Shown: in pieces, positions 1-13,925 of the stretch
Numbering within the stretch: position 1 is the stretch's first letter
Layout of the letters: each line of letters opens with the position of its first letter
Assembly: GCA_028819565.1 (NCBI GenBank)
Contig: JAPPLD010000029.1
Location: 34,998-98,997, forward strand
Length of the DNA: 64,000 nt
Reading direction: 5' to 3'
From: Gammaproteobacteria bacterium
Lineage (GTDB): Bacteria; Pseudomonadota; Gammaproteobacteria; Poriferisulfidales; Poriferisulfidaceae
The notes under the pieces: generated by a model
Databases searched by the model: none
Seen by the model: only the letters and a program-made list of their open reading frames with translations
Told to the model about the DNA's origin: nothing
Position numbers and translations under genes: made by a program

Positions 1-1825
1 CAACGATGTTCCCCCGGGATTTGGACATCTTGTGGCCGTGTGCGTCGACCACGAAACCGTGCGTCAAAACCTGCCGATACGGCGGCGCATCGTTCAGCGC
101 GACGCCGGTCAACAGCGAAGACTGGAACCAGCCGCGGTGCTGGTCCGAACCCTCCAGGTAAAGATCGACTTGCGTGCCCTCGCCATATTCTTCGGCCATC
201 ACGGTGCGGTGGGTGACTCCCGAATCGAACCAGACGTCCAAAGTATCTTGCGATTTCGCATATTCGGATGCCTGATCTCCCAGTAATTCCTTCGGTTCCA
301 GATCAAACCACGCATCGATGCCATCCTGCTCGATGCGGCGGGCCACCTCTTCGAGCAATGCCGGCGTGTCCGGATGCAGTTCGCCATCATCGTGACGCCA
401 GAACAACGGGATGGGCGAACCCCAGTTGCGTTGCCGACTGATGCACCAGTCCGGGCGTCCCGTCAACATTCCGCGGATGCGCTCCCGGCCCCAGGCCGGA
501 TACCAAGTCACCTGGTTCGTGGCGGCAAGGGCATGATCGCGCAAATTGTTCGTTTCCATATCGATGAACCACTGTGCGGCAGCGCGAAACAGCAAGGGAG
601 TGTGGTGCCGCCAGCAGTGCGGATAGCTGTGCGGGTGCGAAGCCTCCGCCAGTAGCCTCCCAGACTGTCTTAATGCTTCAAGGATGCGCGGGTTGGCCTC
701 GGCCACACCGAGGCCGCCAACTACCGGCGTGTCGGCACGGAAGCGTCCATCCTCTTCCACCGGGCAGTCCACTGGCAAGCCGAACCGGAGCCCGACCGCA
801 TGGTCTTCCGGCCCGTGCGCTGGTGCCGTATGCACGCAACCGGTGCCTTCGTCGGCAGTAACGTGTTCCCCGGTGATGATCGGCACAGTCTTGTCCAGAA
901 ACGGGTGCCGGAGGGGAATGCCTTCCAACTGATCTCCGCGAGCTGAAGCCCCCTCGACTGCATGGGCGCCAACTCGTTCGCAGAAAGCTTCGCGAAGGGC
1001 CGCGGCCACCAGCAACCGGCACCCTTCCCGTTCGACCAGCACATACTCGAGCCCTGGATGCAGGCAGACGGCTTCGTTGGCCAGAAGGGTCCAGGGAGTG
1101 GTCGTCCAAATCACCGCCGAAGTCTTAGAATTTCCTGGTATATAAAAAGCCTGTGTCAGTGCCGAATCGGCTGCATCGAAACCGACATCGATCGCTGGAG
1201 AAACATGATCCATATATTCGACTTCGGCCTCGGCCAGGGCCGACTGGCAGTCAGCACACCAGTACACCGGCTTGTAGCCTCGCGTCAGATAACCGGACTC
1301 CAACAGCGTGCCCAGTGTCCGCACGATGCCGGCCTCGGTCTTGGGAGCCATGGTCAGGTACGGGTCGTCCCACTGCCCCAGCACGCCCAAGCGGACGAAA
1401 TCCTCGCGCTGTTCATCGACCTGCTGGGCAGCATAGTCGCGGCAGGCGGCGCGAAAGGCCCGACCGTCTGCGCAAACTTCATCCGACAGGGTCTTTTCAA
1501 TCTGCAACTCGATCGGCAGACCGTGGCAATCCCAGCCCGGGCGGTACGGAGCATCGAGACCGTCCAGACTCCGCGAACGCACCACGATGTCCTTCAAGGT
1601 CTTGTTCACCGCGTGCCCCATGTGGAGCTTGCCGTTGGCATACGGCGGACCGTCATGCAGGACAAAGCGGTCCCGACCCCGCCGAGCATCTCTCAAACGG
1701 CCGTAGAGATCCAGTTCCTGCCACCGTTGCAGTCGTTCGGGTTCGCGCTTCGCGAGATTCCCGCGCATCGGGAAGTCGGTGCGCGGCAGGTTCAGCGTAT
1801 CGCGGTACGGGTTAGGCGGGGCCAT
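1..1825 (-). CDS. ileS: isoleucine--tRNA ligase, N-terminal ~608 codons (3-prime end lies beyond window start)
   Basis: It is absent from the ORF track because there is no stop codon in the window. My minus-strand translation from the ATG (cat at 1823-1825) reads [28 protein letters not shown]. Bases 1-90 encode [29 protein letters not shown], the class I KMSKS loop region of IleRS. It lies downstream of ribF as in the conserved ribF-ileS pair, and the start overlaps the ribF stop by 14 nt. Confidence 0.9.
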   Translation of the reverse strand, partial: MAPPNPYRDTLNLPRTDFPMRGNLAKREPERLQRWQELDLYGRLRDARRGRDRFVLHDGPPYANGKLHMGHAVNKTLKDIVVRSRSLDGLDAPYRPGWDCHGLPIELQIEKTLSDEVCADGRAFRAACRDYAAQQVDEQREDFVRLGVLGQWDDPYLTMAPKTEAGIVRTLGTLLESGYLTRGYKPVYWCADCQSALAEAEVEYMDHVSPAIDVGFDAADSALTQAFYIPGNSKTSAVIWTTTPWTLLANEAVCLHPGLEYVLVEREGCRLLVAAALREAFCERVGAHAVEGASARGDQLEGIPLRHPFLDKTVPIITGEHVTADEGTGCVHTAPAHGPEDHAVGLRFGLPVDCPVEEDGRFRADTPVVGGLGVAEANPRILEALRQSGRLLAEASHPHSYPHCWRHHTPLLFRAAAQWFIDMETNNLRDHALAATNQVTWYPAWGRERIRGMLTGRPDWCISRQRNWGSPIPLFWRHDDGELHPDTPALLEEVARRIEQDGIDAWFDLEPKELLGDQASEYAKSQDTLDVWFDSGVTHRTVMAEEYGEGTQVDLYLEGSDQHRGWFQSSLLTGVALNDAPPYRQVLTHGFVVDAHGHKMSKSRGNIV

Positions 1826-2738
1826 CAGCAAAAAATTCCCGGGCGGCATCAATATCGCGGCCGATCTGTTCGCGCAGGCGGCCGACCGAGTCAAAACGCT
1901 GCTCGGCACGCAGACGCTGGTGAAAGCGCACGGTCATGCGCTGACCGTACAGATCGTCGGCAAAGTCTAACAGGTGGACCTCGATCAGCAAGCGCGTGCC
2001 GTCCACGGTCGGCCGGGTTCCCACGTTGGCGACGCCTTGGCAAAAACGATCGCCCAGCTGGCAGGTCACCGTGAAGACGCCCCGGATCGGCGGGTTATGC
2101 GGAAAATCAAGGTTGGCGGTCGGGAAACCAAGCTCGCGACCGCGCCGATCCCCTTCGATCACTTCGGCATCAATCTCGAACGGGTGCCCGAGCAGGCGTT
2201 CCGCGGCCGGGATGTCGCCGTCGGCCAAGACCATGCGAATCCGAGTGCTGCTCACCCGGCTTCCGTCCAGTTCGAAGACGGGCGCGGCCTCAAGGTCGAA
2301 GCCGCAGGCCGAGGACTCGGTCTCGAGCAGTGCGAAATCCCCAGCACGGTCGCGACCGAAGCGGAAATCCTCGCCCACCGTGAGATAGCGCATACCAAGG
2401 CGACCGACCAACAGGTCCCGCACGAATTCCTGCGCCCCGATGGCGGCGGTCTGCGCGTTGAACGGAAGCGCTGCGAAATGGTCGAGTCTGGGGAACAACT
2501 GTTCGGTGAATCGCTTCTTGTCGACCAGCGAACCGATCCGCGGCGTATTTTCCATGCCCCTGAAGAACTCCTGCGGCAAAGGCTCCAAGGTCAGTAGCAT
2601 GGATTCCAGCCCGCGGGTGGCAGCGGCATCCAAAAGCCTCTCCAGCACCGACTGGTGCCCCCGGTGCAGTCCGTCATAGCTGCCGACTGTGATCGCGCAG
2701 GACCGGCGGGTCGGCAACACGCTTTCCAATTCCGGCAT
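1812..2738 (-). CDS. ribF: bifunctional riboflavin kinase / FAD synthetase
   Basis: This is the C-terminal 308 aa of ORF 1812..3428. It reads [32 protein letters not shown], then GFPTANL and a riboflavin kinase C-terminal half. ATG confirmed at 2736-2738 (cat on plus strand). Confidence 0.9.
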   Translation of the reverse strand: MPELESVLPTRRSCAITVGSYDGLHRGHQSVLERLLDAAATRGLESMLLTLEPLPQEFFRGMENTPRIGSLVDKKRFTEQLFPRLDHFAALPFNAQTAAIGAQEFVRDLLVGRLGMRYLTVGEDFRFGRDRAGDFALLETESSACGFDLEAAPVFELDGSRVSSTRIRMVLADGDIPAAERLLGHPFEIDAEVIEGDRRGRELGFPTANLDFPHNPPIRGVFTVTCQLGDRFCQGVANVGTRPTVDGTRLLIEVHLLDFADDLYGQRMTVRFHQRLRAEQRFDSVGRLREQIGRDIDAAREFFADGPA

Positions 2739-2776
2739 CCATGCCTGCACATCGGCAGGGGGTTCGGTGGAAGCGT

Positions 2777-4357
2777 TCACGCAGCAGCTTTCCCGGTCAG
2801 GGATTGAATGCAGAAGTCGCGGATGCGGGTGCCCAAGACCCACAGCACGGCTGCGTAGACGACTGCACCCAGAATGACCAGTTCGACCAGTTGAAGCAGG
2901 CGACCGGCAAATTCGAGGCGGGTCCACTCGAGAGTCTCCGGGATGAGCGGCCACAGCACGGCCGCCATGGCCGCACAGGACAGGCTGACCCGAACCAGCA
3001 GAACCATCGTTGCCCGGCTGCCAGAGTAAAAGCTTTGGACACGCAGTTTCCGGTACAGGAGCCCGGCGTTCAGGTAGGCCGCGATGGCGGTTGCAAGCGC
3101 CAAGGCAACGTGCGGTCCCTCCAGGTCCGCAGTGAACCAGACCAGCAAGCCAACGCCGGTCAATGCCATGTTGGCCAACATCGCGATCACGCCGATTCGC
3201 ACCGGGGTGCGGGTGTCCTGGTGGGCGAAAAATCCGGGTGCGAACACCTTGACCAGGATGAATGCGGGCAGGCCCAGTGCGAACGCGGTCAGCGCAAGCC
3301 CGGCCATGCGGGTGTCGAACATCGAGAATTCCCGGTACTGCAACAGCGTCGCCAGAATCGGCTCGGCCAGAAGCGCCAAACCAACGGCGGACGGCAACGC
3401 GACGGCCAGCCCGACCCGGACTCCCCACTCGAGCCCGGCCTGAAACCCTTCCCCATCACTGCGGGCGCTGCACTCGGACAGCCGGGGCAGCAAGACCGTG
3501 GCCGTGGAAATCCCGAATAGCGCCAGCGGCAACTCCACGAATCGGTCCGACAGATACAGCCAACTGATGCTGCCAACTGCCAAAAAGGAAGCCACCAGAG
3601 TGTCGAACAGCAAGTTGATCTGAACCACCGAGGAGCCGAACAGAGCCGGCAACATCAGCTTGGCAATACGCCGGAAACCAGGGTGATGCCAATCCAGCCG
3701 GGGTCGCGGCAACAGTCCCTGCCGATGCAGCCAGGGCAACTGGATCGCCAATTGCAGGACGCCGGCCCCGAAGACCCCCCAAGCCAGCGCGTACACCGGC
3801 TGCTCGAGCCTCGGCGCGAGCCATAGCACGGCCGCAATCAGCGACAGGTTGAGCAGCGCCGGCGTGATCGCGGGCAAGGCGAAGCGTCCGAGCGCATTGA
3901 ACATGCTCCCCGCCATGGCGGTCAGCGAAATAAACAGGACGTAAGGAAAAGTAATGCGAAGCAGGTTACCGGCAACGTCAGCACGCGGGTCGCCGTCCAT
4001 CGCGAAACCCGGCGCAAAAATCATGATCAGCAGGGGTGCCGCGAGGATGCCGAGCGCGGTGATGAGGATCAGTACTGTCGCCAGCGCACCGGCCGTGGCA
4101 TCGATGAGGGAATTGAGCTGCTGCGGCTTCTGTTCGCGGTATTCCACAAACACCGGCACGAACGCCTGCGAAAACGCACCTTCGGCGGACAGGCGACGCA
4201 GGAAATTCGGGATGCGGAACGCGACGAAAAATGCATCCAGCGCACCGTGCGCGTTGCTGATGAAGATGAACACCACCGCATCGCGGGCATAGCCCAACAA
4301 GCGGGAAAGCGAAGTCATAAACGCCGTGGTGGCCAAGGAGCGAAAGAGCCGGATCAT
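2777..4357 (-). CDS. murJ: lipid II flippase MurJ (MviN)
   Basis: From ORF 2777..4381. The second Met gives MIRLFRSLATTAFMTSLSRLLGYARDAVV and FFVAFRIPNFLRRLSAEGAFSQAFVPVF, which is collinear with the MurJ N-terminus. It is polytopic and hydrophobic throughout. An alternative start is at 4381. Confidence 0.9.
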   Translation of the reverse strand: MIRLFRSLATTAFMTSLSRLLGYARDAVVFIFISNAHGALDAFFVAFRIPNFLRRLSAEGAFSQAFVPVFVEYREQKPQQLNSLIDATAGALATVLILITALGILAAPLLIMIFAPGFAMDGDPRADVAGNLLRITFPYVLFISLTAMAGSMFNALGRFALPAITPALLNLSLIAAVLWLAPRLEQPVYALAWGVFGAGVLQLAIQLPWLHRQGLLPRPRLDWHHPGFRRIAKLMLPALFGSSVVQINLLFDTLVASFLAVGSISWLYLSDRFVELPLALFGISTATVLLPRLSECSARSDGEGFQAGLEWGVRVGLAVALPSAVGLALLAEPILATLLQYREFSMFDTRMAGLALTAFALGLPAFILVKVFAPGFFAHQDTRTPVRIGVIAMLANMALTGVGLLVWFTADLEGPHVALALATAIAAYLNAGLLYRKLRVQSFYSGSRATMVLLVRVSLSCAAMAAVLWPLIPETLEWTRLEFAGRLLQLVELVILGAVVYAAVLWVLGTRIRDFCIQSLTGKAAA

Positions 4358-4591
4358 GGGAAAGGCGGCCAAACGGCGCAAGTAGAATCAAACTATTATA
4401 TGGAGCATAGGCTAAAAAGCCGGGGAATTGGTGACCCAGCGCCTGTGCTCACCCCCCGACGTGGGGGGCTCTCCTTGCCATGGTCCCTGATTTACCAGAC
4501 TTAATCTTCAGAAACCGATTTTTTTTTCTCGCGCCTGCCCAGTCTCGTTCAAGACCCGGCCATGGCTTCATTCATTAGCAGGTGATTGTTT

Positions 4592-5557
4592 TTATTTGTC
4601 GGCTTTCGGAACGACCCAGACGGCGTCATAGCCGAGGCCCTTCAACTTCGCCTTTGCGCCCTCCACGCTCTGCCCCGAGACCAATCTCATCTTCAGGCGG
4701 TGCCACAGCGTGCCATCGTGGTGAAATTCCTCCAGGAACACGTCATGGCCGAGTTCCCGAAGCCGCGCAAGCTCCTTCTCCGCTTTTCCCTTGTCCTTGG
4801 CGGACAGGATTTGAAGCACGGGCTCGGGAGAGGCCGGGCTGGAAGCCGTCTCGGGCTTCTCGGGGACCGACTTTGCTTTCTCGGCCGATACGACATGGCT
4901 CGGGGAGTCTGCCGAATCTCCAGAAGACTCTGGAGCCTTGCCGTCCTGGGCTTCCGGCTTCGGGGAAATCTCCTCAACCGAGGCCTGCTGCTTGGCAACT
5001 TCTGCCGGCCTAGGCGTCACCGGTTCGGCTCCCTCGCTTTCCCAAGCCTGGGAAAGATCAAGCATCCGCACAGTTTTCTTTTCACCGTCAAACGGTGGAG
5101 GCTCGGGCGGAGTTGTCGATTCCAGATCCGGTTCGAAATCCAGTTCCTTAGACCACCGAAGATCCTCTTCGCCCTCGGAATCCGACATGCCTTCTTCCGG
5201 CGTTCCCTGACCCGCAGTCGTGACGCGCACCACCTTCTTCTCCTGATCAAGAGTCGTCGAGAATGTGCTTTTGTACGGCGCGAAGATTTTCGACAGGGCC
5301 ACATCCAGCGACGGATTGGCCATATCGAAGGGACGAATAATGATGCGATCCTCATCGGAAGTCCATTCAAGGGACCATCCGTGGGAATGGGCCAGCGCCC
5401 GTACATTTTCAGAAAGATGCCCAATCTTGACTTTGAACGTTGTGTCACCTTCATTCGCCATCGCACTCATGGCGACGAACAAATTCCCGGCCAGCACAAA
5501 GCCCGGCAGAAGGCCAACCGCCTGTTGCCACATTCTCCGGGATTTCGGGGTTTTCAT
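4592..5557 (-). CDS. secreted SPOR-domain (peptidoglycan-binding) protein with acidic/Pro-rich linker
   Basis: From ORF 4592..5647. The internal Met at 5557 gives the signal peptide MKTPKSRRMWQQAVGLLPGFVLAGNLFVAMSAMA. The C-terminus PVLQILSAKDKGKAEKELARLRELGHDVFLEEFHHDGTLWHRLKMRLVSGQSVEGAKAKLKGLGYDAVWVV looks like a SPOR repeat. The central region is a low-complexity P/E/S linker. Confidence 0.6.
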   Translation of the reverse strand: MKTPKSRRMWQQAVGLLPGFVLAGNLFVAMSAMANEGDTTFKVKIGHLSENVRALAHSHGWSLEWTSDEDRIIIRPFDMANPSLDVALSKIFAPYKSTFSTTLDQEKKVVRVTTAGQGTPEEGMSDSEGEEDLRWSKELDFEPDLESTTPPEPPPFDGEKKTVRMLDLSQAWESEGAEPVTPRPAEVAKQQASVEEISPKPEAQDGKAPESSGDSADSPSHVVSAEKAKSVPEKPETASSPASPEPVLQILSAKDKGKAEKELARLRELGHDVFLEEFHHDGTLWHRLKMRLVSGQSVEGAKAKLKGLGYDAVWVVPKADK

Positions 5558-5760
5558 TAGGCTACAGGCATTGTACAGGCTAAGTCCCCGGATTTTGGAA
5601 AAAATCATTCCGGCGGGATCACGAGATCGGGCGGCTTCGGGCTTCAAGAATAGGACTAAAACCCCTCTCCCGTCGTGCCCGATTCCGGGCGCAATGGAGC
5701 ATGGCTATGCTAAAATTCGCACGTCCGACATCTAGGTGTCGCAGACAAGGGTGCTGATCT

Positions 5761-6120
5761 GTGATGGCGGCATTGCCGGTCGGCCGGATCCTTGCCGCGC
5801 AGCTGCTGATAACCCTGCTCTGTATGGCAGGGGTTTTTTATGACTGGAACCTCGGTCTTTCGGCAGCAGCAGGGGGGGCGCTATGTCTGTTTCCCAATGC
5901 GTTGGCGGCCTGGAGCCTGTTTCGGAAGGACCGGGCGCGGGGGATTCGGGATGAACAACGACGGATGCATCGCGCTTGGGCAATCCGCTGGCTTGGCACG
6001 TTGCTCGGCCTGGGATTGATCTTCGGGTTCTACCGCGAGGTTCAGCCTTTGACCCTGTTTGCGGCATATGCGGCAGCCCAGGCAGCGCACCTAATCGGGC
6101 ATTTGTCATTTAAAAACTGA
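5761..6120 (+). CDS. atpI: ATP synthase protein I
   Basis: A small hydrophobic 119-aa protein immediately upstream of atpB, in the conserved operon position. It has a GTG/ATG start at 5761/5764. Confidence 0.75.
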   Translation: MMAALPVGRILAAQLLITLLCMAGVFYDWNLGLSAAAGGALCLFPNALAAWSLFRKDRARGIRDEQRRMHRAWAIRWLGTLLGLGLIFGFYREVQPLTLFAAYAAAQAAHLIGHLSFKN

Positions 6121-6131
6121 CGACGAACTAA

Positions 6132-6998
<867 letters not shown>

Positions 6999-7003
6999 CC
7001 TGA

Positions 7004-7276
<273 letters not shown>

Positions 7277-7295
7277 TCCGCGGGGAGACCTCCCG

Positions 7296-7766
7296 ATGAA
7301 CATTAACCTTACGCTGATCGGACAGGCGATTTCGTTCACGATCTTCGTCTGGTTCTGCATGCGGTTCATTTGGCCGCCCGTGATCAACGCGCTGGAGGCC
7401 CGCAAGAAACGCATTGCCGACGGACTGGCGGATGCGGATGCAGCCAAGACCGAGCGCGAGCGAGCTGAACAGGAAGCGCAGCAAACCACCGGGCAGGCCC
7501 GGGAAGAGGCGTCCCGAATCCTCGCCCAGGCGGAACGCCGGGCCGGCGAGATCGTGGCGGAAGCCCGGGCTACGGCCAAGACCGAAGGCGAGCGCATCCT
7601 CACCCAGGCCCAAGAGGAAATCGACAAGAACACCCAGCAGGTGCGTGAGCAACTGCGCGGTGAGGTCGCGGCCCTGGCCGTCGCCGGTGCTGAAGCAGTA
7701 TTGCGACGTGAAGTTGATGCCAAGACCCACGCCGAGGCCTTGGATCAGTTGGCGGAGCGCCTGTGA
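7296..7766 (+). CDS. atpF: F0F1 ATP synthase subunit b
   Basis: From ORF 7233..7766. The internal ATG at 7296 is preceded by GGGGAGA (7282-7288). It gives [29 protein letters not shown] followed by a long charged helix. Confidence 0.9.
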   Translation: MNINLTLIGQAISFTIFVWFCMRFIWPPVINALEARKKRIADGLADADAAKTERERAEQEAQQTTGQAREEASRILAQAERRAGEIVAEARATAKTEGERILTQAQEEIDKNTQQVREQLRGEVAALAVAGAEAVLRREVDAKTHAEALDQLAERL

Positions 7767-8293
7767 GCAACGTCACTGCCGCACGTCCCTATGCTCGCGC
7801 TGCATTCGGCTACGCACGCGAAAGCGGCGCGCTGGACGCGTTTTCGGATATGCTGGAGACGGCTGCAGCGCTGGTCGAAAGCCCGCGTTTGCGTGCCCTG
7901 CTGGGGGATCCCCGTCTGAGCCGCGCGCGTCGCGCCGAAATGTTGGAAACGATTGGCGGAGACCGCTTCGATGAATCGATGCGGCAACTTCTCCGGGTGC
8001 TCGGGGAGCGCGACCGGCTCCCGATCCTGCCCGAAGTCCGGGAGCAATTCGAGGAATTGCGAGCCGAACATGAACAACGCCTGACCGCCGAGGTGGTCAG
8101 CGCCCGGGAGCTCGACCCGGCTCAGCAGGAACGCATCCGTACGGCCCTGGCTGAGCGGACCGGGCAAACCGTGGAACTGGTTTCGAAAATTGATGAACAA
8201 CTGCTGGGCGGTGCGGTGGTCCGCGCCGGCGACCGGGTGCTGGATGCCTCGCTCCAGAGGCGCCTGCAGCAACTTGCGCAAAGCCTAGCCTGA
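7763..8293 (+). CDS. atpH: F0F1 ATP synthase subunit delta
   Basis: 176 aa with a GTG start that overlaps the atpF stop. The position between atpF and atpA is conserved, and the OSCP-like C-terminus reads [16 protein letters not shown]. Confidence 0.9.
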   Translation: MSNVTAARPYARAAFGYARESGALDAFSDMLETAAALVESPRLRALLGDPRLSRARRAEMLETIGGDRFDESMRQLLRVLGERDRLPILPEVREQFEELRAEHEQRLTAEVVSARELDPAQQERIRTALAERTGQTVELVSKIDEQLLGGAVVRAGDRVLDASLQRRLQQLAQSLA

Positions 8294-8316
8294 CCCCCTG
8301 ACTGGAGTAGAACCGA

Positions 8317-9861
<1,545 letters not shown>

Positions 9862-9868
9862 CACGCAA

Positions 9869-10735
9869 ATGGCGGGCGAGAAGGAAATTCGCAGCAAGAT
9901 CGCGAGTATTAGCAATACTCAGAAGATCACCAAGGCGATGGAAATGGTCGCGGCCAGCAAGATGCGCAAGGCCCAAGACCGCATGGCCGCCACCCGCCCG
10001 TATGCGATGAAGATTCGCGAAGTGATCGGCCATCTGGCTCATGCCAGCGCCGAATACCGCCATCCGTTCCTTGAGGGCCGCGAAGAAGTTCAAGGCGTCG
10101 GTTTTATCGTGGTTTCCACGGACCGCGGCCTGTGCGGCGGACTCAACATCAACCTGTTCAAGACTGTCTTGAGGGCGATGCACGAATGGCGGCAACAGCA
10201 GGTGCCGGTGCGACTTTGCCTGTTCGGTGCCAAGGGAACCGCGTTCTTCAAACGCATCGGCGGCATCGAAATCGTCGCGCAGACTTCGCACCTGGGCGAC
10301 GCGCCGAGACTCGAGGAAGTTATCGGGCAGGTCAAGATCATGCTGGACGACTATATCGAGGGGCGTATCGACCGGGTCTACCTGGCCGAGAACGAGTTCG
10401 TCAACACCATGACGCAGAGGCCGAACATCTCAACACTGCTTCCGACCCCCCCGGCCGAACTGGAAGCACTCGAACACCATTGGGATTACATTTACGAGCC
10501 CGGCGCACCCGAAGTGCTGGACGGGTTGCTGATGCGCTACATCGAGTCGCTGGTGTACCGCGGCGTGATGGAAAACATCGCCTGCGAGATGGCCGCGCGC
10601 ATGGTCGCGATGAAGAGCGCCTCGGACAATGCCGGAAACCTGATCGACGAGTTGCAGTTGATCTACAACAAGGCGCGACAGGCGTCGATCACCCAGGAAA
10701 TCTCGGAAATCGTCGGCGGAGCCGCTGCCGTATAA
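9869..10735 (+). CDS. atpG: F0F1 ATP synthase subunit gamma
   Basis: 288 aa. The N-terminus is [36 protein letters not shown] and the C-terminus is [14 protein letters not shown]. Confidence 0.97.
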   Translation: MAGEKEIRSKIASISNTQKITKAMEMVAASKMRKAQDRMAATRPYAMKIREVIGHLAHASAEYRHPFLEGREEVQGVGFIVVSTDRGLCGGLNINLFKTVLRAMHEWRQQQVPVRLCLFGAKGTAFFKRIGGIEIVAQTSHLGDAPRLEEVIGQVKIMLDDYIEGRIDRVYLAENEFVNTMTQRPNISTLLPTPPAELEALEHHWDYIYEPGAPEVLDGLLMRYIESLVYRGVMENIACEMAARMVAMKSASDNAGNLIDELQLIYNKARQASITQEISEIVGGAAAV

Positions 10736-12148
<1,413 letters not shown>

Positions 12149-12155
12149 GCCGGAC

Positions 12156-12581
12156 ATGAGCACCCTGCGAGTCGAGATCGTCAGCGCCGAGCACGAAATC
12201 TATTCGGGCGAGGCCCATTGGGTGGTGGCACCGGCTGCCATGGGCGATGTCGGCATCTATCCCAAGCACACGCCGCTCATCACTCACCTCAAGCCCGGCG
12301 AAGTGCGGGTCAGCGCGGTGGAGGAAAACGAGGAACTTCTGTTCTTCGTCTCCGGCGGCATGCTGGAGGTGCAACCGCACCAGGTCACCGTGCTGTCCGA
12401 CACCGCCATGCGGGGAGCGGATTTGGACGAGGCGAAGGCCGAGGAGGCCAAGAAACGGGCCGAGCAGGCACTGTCCGACCGCAAGGCTGATTTCGACGAG
12501 GCCCGGGCCTTGGCGGAGTTGGCCGAAGCTGCGGCACAGCTGCGAATGATCCAGAAACTGCGCAAGACCGGTCGCGGCTGA
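12156..12581 (+). CDS. atpC: F0F1 ATP synthase subunit epsilon
   Basis: 141 aa and the last gene of the atp operon. It has a beta-sandwich N-terminus and a helical C-terminus. Confidence 0.93.
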   Translation: MSTLRVEIVSAEHEIYSGEAHWVVAPAAMGDVGIYPKHTPLITHLKPGEVRVSAVEENEELLFFVSGGMLEVQPHQVTVLSDTAMRGADLDEAKAEEAKKRAEQALSDRKADFDEARALAELAEAAAQLRMIQKLRKTGRG

Positions 12582-12752
12582 CCCAGATTTAGACCTGCCA
12601 GCGATCTACGCTGACACGCCCAATGTGGGAAGCCACACCCTTGGCAGCTATGTAAAAATTATGGAGATCTACTTGGCTCTACCAATCGGTCGGTCGGATA
12701 CTCTCCTAGGGAATGCGCGGATGGGCGGAGTCAGGTCTTAATAGGAAAGTGG

Positions 12753-13694
12753 ATGAAGGAAAGCAGAATTCCAGTAGGTGCGAAGCGCAAGACGAGCCCA
12801 TACTCGCAAAGCCCGTTCCAAGTTCTCACGTGTGGCTTGGGCGGCGGCATTCTGTCGAGTGCCACGGCGTTCTACTTCGAGTTGGGCGGCGAGTGGTTTC
12901 TCATCACGAACTGGCATGTCGTCAGTGGGCGCAACTTCCTTACCGGCGAACGACTCGGCAAGGCCGGAGAGCCTTTGTCTCTGGTGTTGAAACTGGCAAC
13001 GTATGACTGGGGCGAGTGCAAGGATGGGGAGTTCGTGATTGCACCGCACAATGTGGCACTCTACGAAGGCGAAAACCCCATATGGCTAGAGCACCCCACG
13101 CTGGGGCATCAGTGCGATGTAGTCGCCATTCGGACTGGACGACCCAAGACATGTCCCAAGAGCATGCACAACGCCGCAAACTTAATCAGCACACGCCCCA
13201 ACAGCAACATCCCGATCCGGCCTGGCGGAGATGTATTCATCATCGGATTCCCCACAAGCATCAGTGTCGGCTTTGGGCTGCCGTTGTGGAAGTCGGGCTA
13301 CATCGCATCGGAGCCACAATACGATGTCGATATTGGTGGGAAATCATGGGAGTTCGGAGGGATGGTGGATGGAACCCGTATTCCGGCGTTTTTCGTGGAT
13401 GCTCAAACGCGAAAGGGGATGTCCGGCTCGCCCGTGTTCGCCCGCTACTATGGCACATGGGACATGAACGAACCGTACGCGGCCATCGATTTCGATGACC
13501 CTGAATTAATTGACCGGGATGATGTGGTTTTGTGGAGCGAAGGTGTGCGTTTCGTCGGGTGCTATAGCGGCCGCATCGCTGGCACCAACGTGGCCGAAGC
13601 AGGGCTGGGGCTGTGCTGGCGAGAGGAAGTGATCGAGACAATCTGCCGAAAGGGGAAACCGGGGAAGAACCCCCATATGCGCCACCCTACATAG
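12753..13694 (+). CDS. cytoplasmic trypsin-fold (S1/Trypsin_2-like) serine peptidase
   Basis: 313 aa. The putative triad is His in FLITNWHVVSG, Asp in QCDVVAI and Ser in KGMSGSPVF (GxSGSP-type). There is no N-terminal signal peptide or TM segment. SD-like AGGAA lies at 12743-12747. Confidence 0.7.
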   Translation: MKESRIPVGAKRKTSPYSQSPFQVLTCGLGGGILSSATAFYFELGGEWFLITNWHVVSGRNFLTGERLGKAGEPLSLVLKLATYDWGECKDGEFVIAPHNVALYEGENPIWLEHPTLGHQCDVVAIRTGRPKTCPKSMHNAANLISTRPNSNIPIRPGGDVFIIGFPTSISVGFGLPLWKSGYIASEPQYDVDIGGKSWEFGGMVDGTRIPAFFVDAQTRKGMSGSPVFARYYGTWDMNEPYAAIDFDDPELIDRDDVVLWSEGVRFVGCYSGRIAGTNVAEAGLGLCWREEVIETICRKGKPGKNPHMRHPT

Positions 13695-13925
13695 CCAATG
13701 TTCCTACTGATCGTCTCTTCATCCCAAGGATGTATTCCGATCCGTGCACCAAAAACTCTCGTGGGAATCAATCTTCAAAGTTATTGATTTACAAATACTT
13801 AATGTGGCCTTGCAGGAACCGCGACGCTTTTTGATTCGTAAGCTGTTGAATCTGCACCAAAGTGTGTGGCTGACCCCTCTCCGTGGTTATAATCTTTGCC
13901 ACACTCGCCCACCCCACCATTTCCA

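Noticed and set aside
962-2074. 370-aa plus-strand ORF (and 1153..1815)
   Set aside because: It is antisense to ileS, whose minus-strand translation shows unmistakable IleRS motifs. The product is Arg/Ala/Gly/Pro-rich, as is typical of shadow ORFs in GC-rich DNA.
4382-4591. Expected divergent rpsT or an sRNA upstream of murJ
   Set aside because: There is no S20-like ORF in any frame. I saw only a CCCCCC-GACGT-GGGGGG hairpin (4452-4468) and a T9 run (about 4519-4528) without an adjacent stem. That is insufficient to call a feature.
12582-12752. Direct repeats or att sites flanking the island (compared with 18159-18265)
   Set aside because: By eye there is no shared motif longer than 6 nt between the two junctions. 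Only weak hairpins are present (GTGG-GAAG-CCAC at about 12635; CGGGG-GCCT-CCCCG at about 18175).
13888-13893. TATAAT upstream of mod as a promoter
   Set aside because: The -10 is perfect, but I found no acceptable -35 or extended -10 at proper spacing. It is noted but not annotated.
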